Positions 19,049 to 28,344 of a DNA stretch of 64,000 nt are shown here, piece after piece. Positions within the stretch are counted from its first letter, which is position 1; each line of letters begins with the position of its first letter. The DNA lies in the sequence record DRR723986_4789. The stretch is one strand, 5' to 3'. A model generated the notes under the pieces. The model was not told where the DNA came from, ran no database searches, and saw only the letters and a program-made list of their open reading frames with translations. Position numbers and translations under genes: made by a program.

Positions 19049-20011
19049 TCAGCCTGCCTGTTTCCGCTTTTCAGCAAGCAGGCCAATGTAGGTCAGCGCG
19101 ACGCTAGCGCCGGCAATCGAGGTGATATCGGCATGGTCATAAGCCGGTGCGACTTCGACAACATCACCGCCGACGAAGTTCAATGACCCCAGCCCACGCA
19201 GGACCGACAATGCCTCGCGAGAGGACAGGCCGCCGGAAACAGGCGTACCGGTACCGGGCGCAAATGCCGGGTCAAGGCAATCGATGTCGAATGTCATATA
19301 GGCCGGGCCATTGCTCACCCGGGTCTTGATCCTGTCGATCACGCCACCGATACCCAATTCGTCCATCTCATAGCCATGAATGATTTCCAGCCCGCAAGTT
19401 TCGGGAGCATGGGTACGGATGCCGATCTGGATCGAACGGTCCGGGTCGATAAGGCCTTCTCGCACGGCGCGTCCGGTGAAGGTGCCGTGGTCGATCCGGT
19501 CGCCTTCATCGTTCCAGGTGTCCTGATGGGCATCGAATTGCACCAGGGCGAGCGGGCCATGTTTGGCCACATGCGCCTTGAGAAGCGGAAAAGTGACGAA
19601 ATGATCGCCACCGATGGAAAACAGATGCGCCCCGGAAGCCAGAATATCAGAGGCCTGAGACTGGATGTGTCCGGGAATATCAGCGTTGCGGCCATAGTCG
19701 AAAACACAGTCGCCGTAGTCCACGCAGGCAAGAACCTCGAAAGGGTCCATTTCGAACGGATATTGCGGGTCACCGTCAAAAATGGCGGATGCGCGACGCA
19801 CCCCCTGAGGACCGAACCGAGCCCCCGGACGGTTGGAAACAGAGGCATCAAACGGGATGCCCCAAACCGCCAGGTCAATCCCGGTCAGATCGCGGCTATA
19901 GCGGCGGCGCATGAAGGACAGCGCGCCTGCATAGGTCGGTTCATGCGAACCGCTCTTGACCGATTTACCCAGAAATGCGTTGTCGGTTTCCCGCGGCAAT
20001 TCTGCTGACAT
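19049..20011 (-). CDS. speB: Agmatinase (ureohydrolase family)
   Basis: RPGARFGP, GGDH, DAHQD, TFDIDCLDPAFAPGTGTP, VEVAPAYD. Substrate is inferred. Confidence 0.88.
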   Translation of the reverse strand: MSAELPRETDNAFLGKSVKSGSHEPTYAGALSFMRRRYSRDLTGIDLAVWGIPFDASVSNRPGARFGPQGVRRASAIFDGDPQYPFEMDPFEVLACVDYGDCVFDYGRNADIPGHIQSQASDILASGAHLFSIGGDHFVTFPLLKAHVAKHGPLALVQFDAHQDTWNDEGDRIDHGTFTGRAVREGLIDPDRSIQIGIRTHAPETCGLEIIHGYEMDELGIGGVIDRIKTRVSNGPAYMTFDIDCLDPAFAPGTGTPVSGGLSSREALSVLRGLGSLNFVGGDVVEVAPAYDHADITSIAGASVALTYIGLLAEKRKQAG

Positions 20012-20297
20012 GACAATTTCCTTGAAGTCTGGTGTGGCAGGATTTTTGCGCCGCTCCGGATCAAGCGGCACGGACTGCCGGGTGTGTCATTTACCGGACA
20101 CCCGAGGACGGTATTTCAGGTTTTACCAGTGATGGATCGTCCCGCCAATCCCGAGCCGCAAGGCCCGCTACAGAGTGTTGAACCAGCACTTGTCCCCCGT
20201 CTCTTTGGTGCTGTTCCGGTTCCGCTTCTTGTCAACCGTGGGGATATGTCGAAAGATCGGAGCGCCCACCTCTCCGTGCAAAGGAAGGATCACAGCC

Positions 20298-21245
20298 ATG
20301 AGCGACAGCGGCCATCACGACCATGCCGGCGGCGGTGCGCACGGCCATTCACACGACCATGATCATGGTCAAGGGCATGACCATGATCACACCCCTGAAG
20401 TGACGGACAAGAACGCGCGCGCTGTTGCATGGGCAGGGCTTTTGATTGCTGCCTTCATGTTTGCAGAGCTGATCGGTGGCTGGCTTTCAGGGTCTCTGGC
20501 TCTGATGGCGGACGCCGTCCACATGGTTACGGATGCCGCATCACTGGGGTTGGCCTGGTGGGCTTTTCAGCAATCCAAGAAACCTGCAGATGCCCGGCTA
20601 ACATATGGCCGCGACCGGTTGCCGGTACTAATTGCCTTCGCCAATTCCATATTCCTGCTGGTGGTGACAGGCTGGATCTGCGTGGAAGCTGCCGGGCGCT
20701 TCATGGAGCCGGAGACCGTGCTTGCAGGCCCGATGTTCATCATTGCCGTTATCGGCCTTCTGGTGAATATCGGCGCCTTTTTCATTCTGCAGCGTGGCGG
20801 TGACGGATCGCTCAACATGCGCTCTGCGATCCTGCACGTGCTCGGCGATCTACTCGGCTCCGTTGCGGCCATCGCGGCCGCTATCGTCATCTATTTCACG
20901 GGTTGGTACCCGATTGACCCGATCCTGTCGGTTTTCGTCGCTGTGCTGATTGTTCGTTCTGCGGTCGCCGTGATGCGCCAGTCCGCGCATATCCTGCTGG
21001 AAGGTGCACCGGCAGACATCGACAGGGACACCCTGAAAACCGATTTGCTGAATGAAGTCCCTGGCCTCGCCGACGTTTATCACATCCATCTCTGGTCGCT
21101 GGCCGAAGGCAAGGTGAATGCCACCATGCATGCCATCTTGAAACCGGAAGACAGTCCGGATGCCGTTTTGCAGCAGATCCGCGAGCGGTTGAAGACAAGG
21201 CATGGCATCGGCCACGTGACGATCGAGGTAACTGAAGGCTCCTGA
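20298..21245 (+). CDS. Cation diffusion facilitator (ZitB/CzcD-like Zn/Co/Cd exporter)
   Basis: His-rich N-terminus; SLALMADAVHMVTD and HVLGD metal-site motifs; AGGA RBS. Confidence 0.93.
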   Translation: MSDSGHHDHAGGGAHGHSHDHDHGQGHDHDHTPEVTDKNARAVAWAGLLIAAFMFAELIGGWLSGSLALMADAVHMVTDAASLGLAWWAFQQSKKPADARLTYGRDRLPVLIAFANSIFLLVVTGWICVEAAGRFMEPETVLAGPMFIIAVIGLLVNIGAFFILQRGGDGSLNMRSAILHVLGDLLGSVAAIAAAIVIYFTGWYPIDPILSVFVAVLIVRSAVAVMRQSAHILLEGAPADIDRDTLKTDLLNEVPGLADVYHIHLWSLAEGKVNATMHAILKPEDSPDAVLQQIRERLKTRHGIGHVTIEVTEGS

Positions 21246-21348
21246 GTCTCTGAGATTTCTGAGGACACCCTTCCCGATCATTGCCGCTGTTTTGAAGTCC
21301 CCAACCGTTTACGCGAGATTATCTCTTGCCGGTTAGCCTGAAGCCAGG

Positions 21349-21534
21349 ATGGCTGGCTATGACAGAAATTCGGCGCAGGACCCGGCACCAACGGCCTGGA
21401 ACGCCAGAAACGAAAACACCGCACCTCCGGAAGGTGCGGCCACCGTTTTCACGTTTTATGCCTGCCTTGCCATTCTCGCCACACTGGCAGCCCTGGGTGG
21501 AGCGCTATTTTCCCTGACTGGATCCGGGCAATAA
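21349..21534 (+). CDS. Small hypothetical protein with a C-terminal TM helix
   Basis: 61 aa; polar N-terminus and one hydrophobic helix. Confidence 0.5.
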   Translation: MAGYDRNSAQDPAPTAWNARNENTAPPEGAATVFTFYACLAILATLAALGGALFSLTGSGQ

Positions 21535-21707
21535 AGTCGGCTTGCTTCACACACATATTTTGTCCTCGGGATTATTTCCCGTCTTTCTCCGGATTACGCG
21601 GCGATCCACGGGATACCGTCACGGGACCGTTGTCGCCTTGCGCCTCCAGGACTAAAACGAGGAACAAACTGGCAATTGCCGGTCCATCTCCATGAGGAAT
21701 TCCTGCC

Positions 21708-23012
21708 GTGGCAGACATGACCCCGAAGATCCTGCGCGGCAGGCTGCTTTCTTTCTCCACCGCCCCCAAAGGGCCGGATGACACGGACGCTTACAGCTAT
21801 ATCGAGGACGGTGCCCTTCTGCTTCGTGGCGGCAAGATTGCTGCTTGCGGCGAGTTTGCGGACGTTGCGGCTTCCGCCGATGAAGGAACGGCCATCATTG
21901 ATCATCGGCCACATCTGATCCTGCCCGGTTTCATCGACACCCATATTCATTTCCCCCAAGCACAGGTGATTGCGTCCTGGGCGGACCAACTGCTGGACTG
22001 GCTGAACGACTATACGTTCCCGGCAGAAATGAAGTTTGCGGACAAGGCTCATGGGGAGCGGATCGCCAAGGCCTTTTTTGACGCGCTTGTTGCCCATGGC
22101 ACCACCACGGCCTCCGCCTATTGTTCCAGCCATCCCGCCTCGGTCGACGCCTATTTCGAGGAGGCGGAACGGCGCGGCATGTTGATGCTGGGTGGCAAGA
22201 CGATGATGGACCGGAACGCGCCTGCCGACCTTTGCGACACTGCTCAAAGCGCCTATGACGACAGCAAGGCGTTGCTGAAAAAATGGAATGGACGCGGACG
22301 GGCGCATTATGTCGTCACCCCGCGTTTTGCAATCACGTCGACACCCGGGCAGCTTGAAGCTGCCGGAACATTGTTGAGGGAATATCCGGACTGCCATTTG
22401 CAGACCCACATCAACGAAAACCACAACGAAATCGCCTACACGCTGGAACTCTACCCGGAAGCGGCAGACTATCTTGGCGTTTACGAAGGGTTTGGCCTGC
22501 TCGGCCGCAAGACCTTGCTCGGTCACTGTATCCATATGAACGACCGGGAACTGGGTGTCATGCGGGAAACCGGCTCCGTTGCCGTTTTCTGTCCGACGTC
22601 AAACCTGTTCCTTGGCAGCGGTCTCTTCAACAAGGCCGGGCTGGAGCAGGCTGGCGTTCGCACGGCCATCGCCACCGACGTTGGCGGTGGCACAAACTAT
22701 TCCATGCTGCGCACGCTCGACGAAGGCTACAAGGTTCTGCAGCTCCAGCGCCAGCGCCTCCACCCGCTCGCCTGTTTCCACTGGATAACGCTTGGCAACG
22801 CCGAAGCGCTTTCACTGCAAGACAGGATCGGCACCCTGGAGCCGGGCACAGATGCAGACCTTGTGGTCCTGAATGCGCGTGCGACCCAACCGATGGCCTT
22901 GCGGATGGAAACCGCCGAATCTCTATCGGAAGAGCTTTTCGTGCTGCAAACCCTTGGCGATGATCGTGCTGTCGTTGAAACCTATGCAGCGGGTAAAGCC
23001 TTGAAGTCCTGA
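21708..23012 (+). CDS. guaD: Guanine deaminase
   Basis: PGFIDTHIHFPQ, LLDWLNDYTFP, VTPRFA, QTHINEN, CPTSNLFLGSG, TDVGGG. Confidence 0.95.
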   Translation: MADMTPKILRGRLLSFSTAPKGPDDTDAYSYIEDGALLLRGGKIAACGEFADVAASADEGTAIIDHRPHLILPGFIDTHIHFPQAQVIASWADQLLDWLNDYTFPAEMKFADKAHGERIAKAFFDALVAHGTTTASAYCSSHPASVDAYFEEAERRGMLMLGGKTMMDRNAPADLCDTAQSAYDDSKALLKKWNGRGRAHYVVTPRFAITSTPGQLEAAGTLLREYPDCHLQTHINENHNEIAYTLELYPEAADYLGVYEGFGLLGRKTLLGHCIHMNDRELGVMRETGSVAVFCPTSNLFLGSGLFNKAGLEQAGVRTAIATDVGGGTNYSMLRTLDEGYKVLQLQRQRLHPLACFHWITLGNAEALSLQDRIGTLEPGTDADLVVLNARATQPMALRMETAESLSEELFVLQTLGDDRAVVETYAAGKALKS

Positions 23013-23056
23013 CACCTTGGCCAGGGCACACCTAAATGCCCCGGCTTTTGGCCGCC

Positions 23057-24280
23057 TCAGCCAGCGTGCCTTGGCCTGAACGGGCGAAACAGCAACAAGC
23101 TGAACCCCGTAGCCGCAAACAGGACCAACGCCAGCGCCGTTCCCCGGTAGACAGTGGCAAAACCGAAGTCCTGAATGGGCATTGTCAGGACTAGCGGCGA
23201 AACGACCTGGCCCAGAAACATTGCTGTCGTCACGATGCCCGAAACGCTGCCACGCCGTTCTTCTGGTGCGACTTGCAACGCAAGCAGCAGAAACGACGGC
23301 TGCACGAGAGAATAACCCGCCCCGACCAGCGCAGCACCGCCGAGGATGAGCGGCCAGAGAGCGTCTATCGAAAGAATGGCGAATCCCAGCCCCATCAGCA
23401 CAAAGCCGATGCCGAAAGACGCAGACAGGCCGACAAGGGAGCTGATCCTCTTGTAGGCAATCGCAACCAGGCCTCCGGTCAGTGTCAATGCACCTAGCCC
23501 CATTGCCGTTCCAGAAGCGCTATCGATGCCGTTTTCATCCAGATAATACGGCAACTGGCTGGGCATCAGGAAAAAGAACATAACGGTGACCATGGTCAGC
23601 AGGCCAACAGCCAGTGCGGGAACAAGCCATCCTTTTTGCGGGGCAAGGTCTGCATTTGTGGCTGCGCTGGCCGTACTCTCGCGGCGAGTGTTTCTTTCCT
23701 GTTGCAGGATCGGCAGCAACAGCGGCACCAGCAGAACGGGCAACATATAGACCAGGAACGGCAAACGTGGAGACAGGCCTGCAAGCCAACCGGCAAAGCC
23801 GATGAACAGGAAGCCACTGAAATTGATCGCCGCCGTCTGCCATCCCATAAAGGCACTTCGGCGCTGACCGGAAAACAGGTCCCCAACCAGCGCAACCTGC
23901 GCAGTCATGGTCATGGCGACCGCAACACCCAGCAAAAGACGGCTCACCAGGATCGACTGCAGGTCCGGCAGGTAGGCTCCAGCGCTGCCGGCAAAGGCAA
24001 AAAGAAGAACGCCAGCCAGCAGCAGCGGACCTCTTCCGAACCTGTCTGCCGCCAGCCCGGCGAACGGTGCGATCAGAACAACGGACAGCGACGGCGCCGC
24101 GACCAGGAAACGGGTCAGATAGGCCGCCGCGGGTTCATCCGGAAAGCTTGCCTCGAGCGCCGGAAGCGCCGGGCTGATGGTCGCATTTGCCATGATTTTC
24201 AAAGTTGCCGTCATCAGCAGCGTGATTGCTGCTGTTTCCAGCCAGAGCGGTCGACCTGTTGATCGAGGTTGAGAAGACAT
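23057..24280 (-). CDS. MFS transporter (DHA1-like)
   Basis: Motif A GLAADRFGR; about 12 TM helices; AAGGA RBS before ATG 24280. Confidence 0.92.
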   Translation of the reverse strand: MSSQPRSTGRPLWLETAAITLLMTATLKIMANATISPALPALEASFPDEPAAAYLTRFLVAAPSLSVVLIAPFAGLAADRFGRGPLLLAGVLLFAFAGSAGAYLPDLQSILVSRLLLGVAVAMTMTAQVALVGDLFSGQRRSAFMGWQTAAINFSGFLFIGFAGWLAGLSPRLPFLVYMLPVLLVPLLLPILQQERNTRRESTASAATNADLAPQKGWLVPALAVGLLTMVTVMFFFLMPSQLPYYLDENGIDSASGTAMGLGALTLTGGLVAIAYKRISSLVGLSASFGIGFVLMGLGFAILSIDALWPLILGGAALVGAGYSLVQPSFLLLALQVAPEERRGSVSGIVTTAMFLGQVVSPLVLTMPIQDFGFATVYRGTALALVLFAATGFSLLLFRPFRPRHAG

Positions 24281-24316
24281 AATGGTTTTTCCTTGCCTTT
24301 TGAAAGCCAGGAGCAC

Positions 24317-24347
24317 AGCCTACAAATTCAAGTCGACTTGAGGTCAA
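24317..24347 (-). promoter_or_regulatory. MerR-type promoter with 19-bp spacer and palindromic operator for the MFS gene
   Basis: Minus strand TTGACC-19 bp-TAGGCT with perfect palindrome TCAAGTCGACTTGA (24328-24341) in the spacer. Confidence 0.85.
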
Positions 24348-24350
24348 TAG

Positions 24351-24797
24351 ATGAAATTAATGGATATTTCCGAAGTATCGAAGCAAACGGGCATCGCTGC
24401 GTCGGCCATTCGCCACTACGAGGAAAAGGGTTTGATCACGTCCGTCGGCCGCCGGGGGCTGAAGCGCCTGTTCGGACCGGAGGTGCTGGACCAGCTTGCC
24501 CTGATCACGCTTGGCAAGACGGGCGGCTTTTCACTGGAAGAGATCAAGTCAATGTTCGGCTCCGACGGCCGCCCCGCCCTCTCACGGCCCGGTCTTCACA
24601 TGAGAGCAGATGAACTCGACAGACAAATCCACACGCTGGAAGCACTTCGCGACATGATCCGTCACGTCGCCGACTGTCCTGCACCGTCACACATGGAATG
24701 CCCGAAGTTCCAGCAACTGATCCGTATCAGTGGTCGAAGAAGCCGAAGTGAGCGCGTCACACACAAGTTGCCTCCGGTCAAACCGGGTCGAATGTGA
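24351..24797 (+). CDS. MerR-family transcriptional regulator
   Basis: ISEVSKQTG...IRHYEEKGLI HTH; GFSLEEI; C-terminal C-x7-C. Confidence 0.93.
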   Translation: MKLMDISEVSKQTGIAASAIRHYEEKGLITSVGRRGLKRLFGPEVLDQLALITLGKTGGFSLEEIKSMFGSDGRPALSRPGLHMRADELDRQIHTLEALRDMIRHVADCPAPSHMECPKFQQLIRISGRRSRSERVTHKLPPVKPGRM

Positions 24798-24805
24798 TTG
24801 ACCGG

Positions 24806-26221
24806 CTACCTTCTTGAGAAGAACAGGATGACCTGACGCGCCTGACGCTGAAAGAGCCCCGGTTCTCGCGGCTTCTCATGATGCTCCTCGACGGAGCGAA
24901 TGACACCACGCACGATGAGGATGGCAGCGACACCGAACAAGACGCCTCCGGCTGCCTGACCGATCAGGACACCAGGCGCCCCATACAGCGCTCCCCCGAT
25001 CCAGACGAAGGGAATCGTACCGACCGTGTGCCTTCCCCAGTTGAGCATGGTTGAATAGAACGGCCGGCCCAGATTGTTGAAGCAAGCGTTCGCAACAAAG
25101 ATGGCGCCGTTGAAAAAAAAGGCCAGCGCCAAGGGACCGCAGAAAAGGAAAATCAGGGTCAGGGCAACACCTTCGGCCTCGAACAGATGCGCGATCGGTT
25201 CACGAAGCATGAACAGGACCAGCGCGGCCAGGCCGACCACAAGTGCCGTAAACAGTAGCGCTTCGCGCAGCGTGTCACGCACCCTGTCGAACCGTCCCGC
25301 CCCATAGTTCTGCCCAACGATCGGTCCCACGGCTCCGGACAGTGCAAAGATGGTTGCAAAGGCCAATGGCGACATTCTCGCGACAACCGCCATGCCGGCA
25401 ACGGCCTCTTCACCGAATTCGGCCATTGACCGGGTTACCCAGGCCTGCCCCACCGGTGTTGCGAGTTGGGTGAGAATTGCTGGACAGGCAATCGCGGCAA
25501 TTGGTGACATGTCCCTGAACAAGGCCTTCGGGCGCGGCAATGTCAGGCCGCCGTGGTAGCGAAAGATCGGTACCAGCGCGAATACGGCAATGGCGACGCG
25601 GGATGCTGCACTGGCTATTGCTGCCCCTGTCAGTTCCAGGTCGAAGCCGAAGATCAAAATCGGATCAAGCACTGCATTCACCAGCCCGCCGACAATGGTC
25701 GACATCATCGCCCACCGGGCATCGCCATGCGCTCTCAGAACGGCTCCGCCTGCCATGCCGAGCAACAGGAGAGGCAACGTCGGAACGATGATTGCTAGAT
25801 AATGAACTGCGAGATCATGGGTCTGACCGGTTGCGCCGATCAACGTGACAAGCGGCCCCAGAGAAATCCAAACGGCCAGTGCAAAGACCGCGCTGAAAAG
25901 GAACCCCGCCGTAAGAGCATTGGAAGCCTGTTGCCGTGCCTCCTTTTTGTCCCCTGCCCCCAGTGCCCTGGCCACCAGCGCACCGGCGGCAATGGCAACG
26001 CCGATGTTGAAGGAGGTGGTGAAGAAAAGGATCGCGCCGGCGTATCCGACTGCCGCCGCCAGTTCCGCCTTGCCCAGCATGGAAATGAAGATCATGTCGA
26101 CAAAGTCGACAGCAAAGATCGCCATCAGACCGATAGACGCGGTCAGGGACATTACGGTCACATGGCGAAACAGACTTCCAGACAGAAATTTTGCCTGGGT
26201 TGCAGTTGCCTGATCTTTCAC
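24806..26221 (-). CDS. MATE family efflux transporter
   Basis: DFVDMIFISMLG...LAAVG, NAVLDPILIFG, VGQNYGAG; about 12 TM helices. Confidence 0.93.
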   Translation of the reverse strand: MKDQATATQAKFLSGSLFRHVTVMSLTASIGLMAIFAVDFVDMIFISMLGKAELAAAVGYAGAILFFTTSFNIGVAIAAGALVARALGAGDKKEARQQASNALTAGFLFSAVFALAVWISLGPLVTLIGATGQTHDLAVHYLAIIVPTLPLLLLGMAGGAVLRAHGDARWAMMSTIVGGLVNAVLDPILIFGFDLELTGAAIASAASRVAIAVFALVPIFRYHGGLTLPRPKALFRDMSPIAAIACPAILTQLATPVGQAWVTRSMAEFGEEAVAGMAVVARMSPLAFATIFALSGAVGPIVGQNYGAGRFDRVRDTLREALLFTALVVGLAALVLFMLREPIAHLFEAEGVALTLIFLFCGPLALAFFFNGAIFVANACFNNLGRPFYSTMLNWGRHTVGTIPFVWIGGALYGAPGVLIGQAAGGVLFGVAAILIVRGVIRSVEEHHEKPREPGLFQRQARQVILFFSRR

Positions 26222-26296
26222 ATTCGAACTCAGCGGATTGTCCTCCTCATGGGGGGCTGCAAACGTGCCAAAGCCCTAGCAGGCATTGATGCCAAC

Positions 26297-26329
26297 AAAA
26301 AACCCGCCGGATCGCTCCGGCGGGTTTTT
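26297..26329 (-). terminator. Intrinsic terminator of rplM-rpsI
   Basis: AAAAAACCCGCCGGA-TCGC-TCCGGCGGGTTTTT. Confidence 0.9.
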
Positions 26330-26356
26330 CGAACTGGTAACTTCCAGATCCAGCGA

Positions 26357-26833
26357 TTAACGCTTGGAGAACTGGAACGACCGGCGTGCCTTGCGCTTAC
26401 CGAACTTCTTACGTTCGACAACGCGGCTGTCGCGGGTCAGGAAGCCGTTCTTCTTCAGAACCGCACGCAGTTCCGGCTCATAGTGGGTCAGAGCCTTGGA
26501 CAGGCCGTGACGCACAGCGCCAGCCTGACCGGACAGACCACCACCGGTAACCGTTGCGATAACGTCGTACTGGCCTGCACGGTCGGTCAGCATGATCGGC
26601 TGCTGAAGGATCATCTGAAGAACCGGGCGAGCGAAATACTCGGTGTAGTCCTTCTTGTTGATCACGATCTTGCCGGTGCCCGGCTTGATCCAGACGCGGG
26701 CAATAGCGTCTTTACGCTTGCCGGTTGCATATGCACGGCCATTGGCGTCCAGCTTCTGGACATGGACCGGAGCTTCGGGGGCAGCGGTTTCGACCGCACC
26801 GCCCAGTTCTTCCAGGGATTGCAGCTCAGCCAT
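26357..26833 (-). CDS. rpsI: 30S ribosomal protein S9
   Basis: [38 protein letters not shown]. Confidence 0.99.
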   Translation of the reverse strand: MAELQSLEELGGAVETAAPEAPVHVQKLDANGRAYATGKRKDAIARVWIKPGTGKIVINKKDYTEYFARPVLQMILQQPIMLTDRAGQYDVIATVTGGGLSGQAGAVRHGLSKALTHYEPELRAVLKKNGFLTRDSRVVERKKFGKRKARRSFQFSKR

Positions 26834-26835
26834 CG

Positions 26836-27303
26836 TTAAGCCCTCTTGCCGTCATTCTTTGCGTTGAGGCCCTTAACGTCGACGAGTTCCGGCGACTGAG
26901 CTTCATGCGGGTGGGTCGGACCAGCGTAGACCTTGAGGTTCTTCAGCTGCTTGTTGGACAGAGGACCGCCCGGCATCATGCGCTGAACGGCTTTTTCCAG
27001 AACGCGCTCCGGGAAACGACCTTCGAGGATTGCACGTGCTGTGCGCTCCTTGATGCCGCCCGGGTGACCGGTGTGCCAGTAGTACTTCTTGTTGTCGTAC
27101 TTGCGGCCGGTGAACACAACCTTGTCGGCATTGATGACGATGACGTTGTCACCGGTGTCAATGTGAGGCGTGAAGGTCGGCAGATGCTTGCCACGCAGGT
27201 GATTGGCGATGAATGCGGCGAGACGGCCGACAACCATTCCTTCTGCGTCGATCAAGATCCACTTTTTCTCGACCTCAGCCGGCTTGGCAGAGAAGGTCTT
27301 CAT
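26836..27303 (-). CDS. rplM: 50S ribosomal protein L13
   Basis: WILIDA...GRLA...[32 protein letters not shown]. Confidence 0.99.
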   Translation of the reverse strand: MKTFSAKPAEVEKKWILIDAEGMVVGRLAAFIANHLRGKHLPTFTPHIDTGDNVIVINADKVVFTGRKYDNKKYYWHTGHPGGIKERTARAILEGRFPERVLEKAVQRMMPGGPLSNKQLKNLKVYAGPTHPHEAQSPELVDVKGLNAKNDGKRA

Positions 27304-27390
27304 GAGATTGATCCGTACTGGTCGGTTAAAGAAAAGGCCCGCGCGGCCTGTAACAAGCCAGCGAACGGACCGAAATTTCGTTCGGGGGCG

Positions 27391-27419
27391 CTTATACGCT
27401 CACGCAGAATAAGCGTCAA
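27391..27419 (-). promoter_or_regulatory. sigma70 promoter of rplM-rpsI
   Basis: Minus strand TTGACG-17 bp-TATAAG. Confidence 0.8.
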
Positions 27420-27763
27420 GCACGATATTTTCACCACCCCTCTTATTTCCTTATATTTTTCAATAACTTAAAAAAACGGTATTATAATACCGCAAATTAG
27501 AACCCATAAATTCGTGCCAAACCTGGCCAAGGTGCTGATCATCCAGACAACGGTGATGCTTGCATTCCCCGTATCAGCCAATGTCTATCGCCCCAACAAG
27601 ATCAGGAAAAATGGCCAAAAGCTTCCCGATCTAAAAAGATTCGGTCAGTTGGCCGGCACAATGAACCGGGCCTCCATTTCAGCAGTCCCGAAGGAGAAAC
27701 TCGTAATGCCGTAAGGCGCAGCAGGCAATCAGCCTGACATCGAGGCCGCCAGTCCGGATACTA

Positions 27764-28189
27764 TCAGCGGGGAGGAACGGAATAGGTCGCCGTGGCATGA
27801 GCCACGAGTTCTTCCTGTCCCTCACCAGCAATTTCGCAATCGACAACGGCAAGACGCTTGCCGAGTTTCAACAGGCGGCACGTGGCGAGAAGATCTCCCG
27901 CCTCAGGTTTCCGCAGAAAGTTGATGTTGAGATTTGTGGTCACGGCAAGCGCAACCGGGCCAATATGAGCCAGGATCACGACGTAAGCGGCCAGGTCGGC
28001 AAGCGCCATCATGGAAGGACCGGAGACTGTGCCCCCCGGGCGCAGGTGCAGCTCGTTGGCGGAAAGGCGCAGGACCGCTTTCCCGGGTGAGACGCTGTCG
28101 ATCGCATAAACACGACCACCTGCATGGATTTGCGGAAATTCCTTGTCCAGCATTTCCATGATTTCGGTCTCAGTCATAACCGGTGTCAT
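27764..28189 (-). CDS. PaaI-family hotdog thioesterase
   Basis: HLRPGGTVSGP.MMALAD, VTTNLNINFLR, LGKRLAV; GGAGG RBS. Confidence 0.92.
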   Translation of the reverse strand: MTPVMTETEIMEMLDKEFPQIHAGGRVYAIDSVSPGKAVLRLSANELHLRPGGTVSGPSMMALADLAAYVVILAHIGPVALAVTTNLNINFLRKPEAGDLLATCRLLKLGKRLAVVDCEIAGEGQEELVAHATATYSVPPR

Positions 28190-28236
28190 GTAGCCTCCCC
28201 TACCACTTTCTTTTTCAATCCATAATCTGATTTCAT

Positions 28237-28252
28237 CTTACGTTCACGTCAA
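28237..28252 (-). promoter_or_regulatory. LiuR-like operator upstream of the thioesterase
   Basis: TTGACGTGAACGTAAG matches the ACGT-N2-ACGT LiuR palindrome and overlaps a TTGACG -35 element. Confidence 0.6.
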
Positions 28253-28344
28253 TTCGTTTCTTGGGCAAAAGCGGATCCAGACACACAAGGGCCTCACTTC
28301 AGTCCTCTGTCAGGTTTTCGTTTTTGAATAGTGAGGGTCTTCAA

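Noticed and set aside
20299-20395. CATGAC-like repeats in the CDF gene
   Set aside because: They encode the ordinary His/Asp-rich metal-binding tail; not a DNA repeat element.
21560-21707. Possible purine or xanthine riboswitch before guaD
   Set aside because: Only short repeats (ACGGGA twice) and weak pairing; no recognisable aptamer consensus.
27514-27714. 66-aa plus-strand ORF between rplM and the thioesterase
   Set aside because: GTG start with no RBS and no recognisable features; unsupported.
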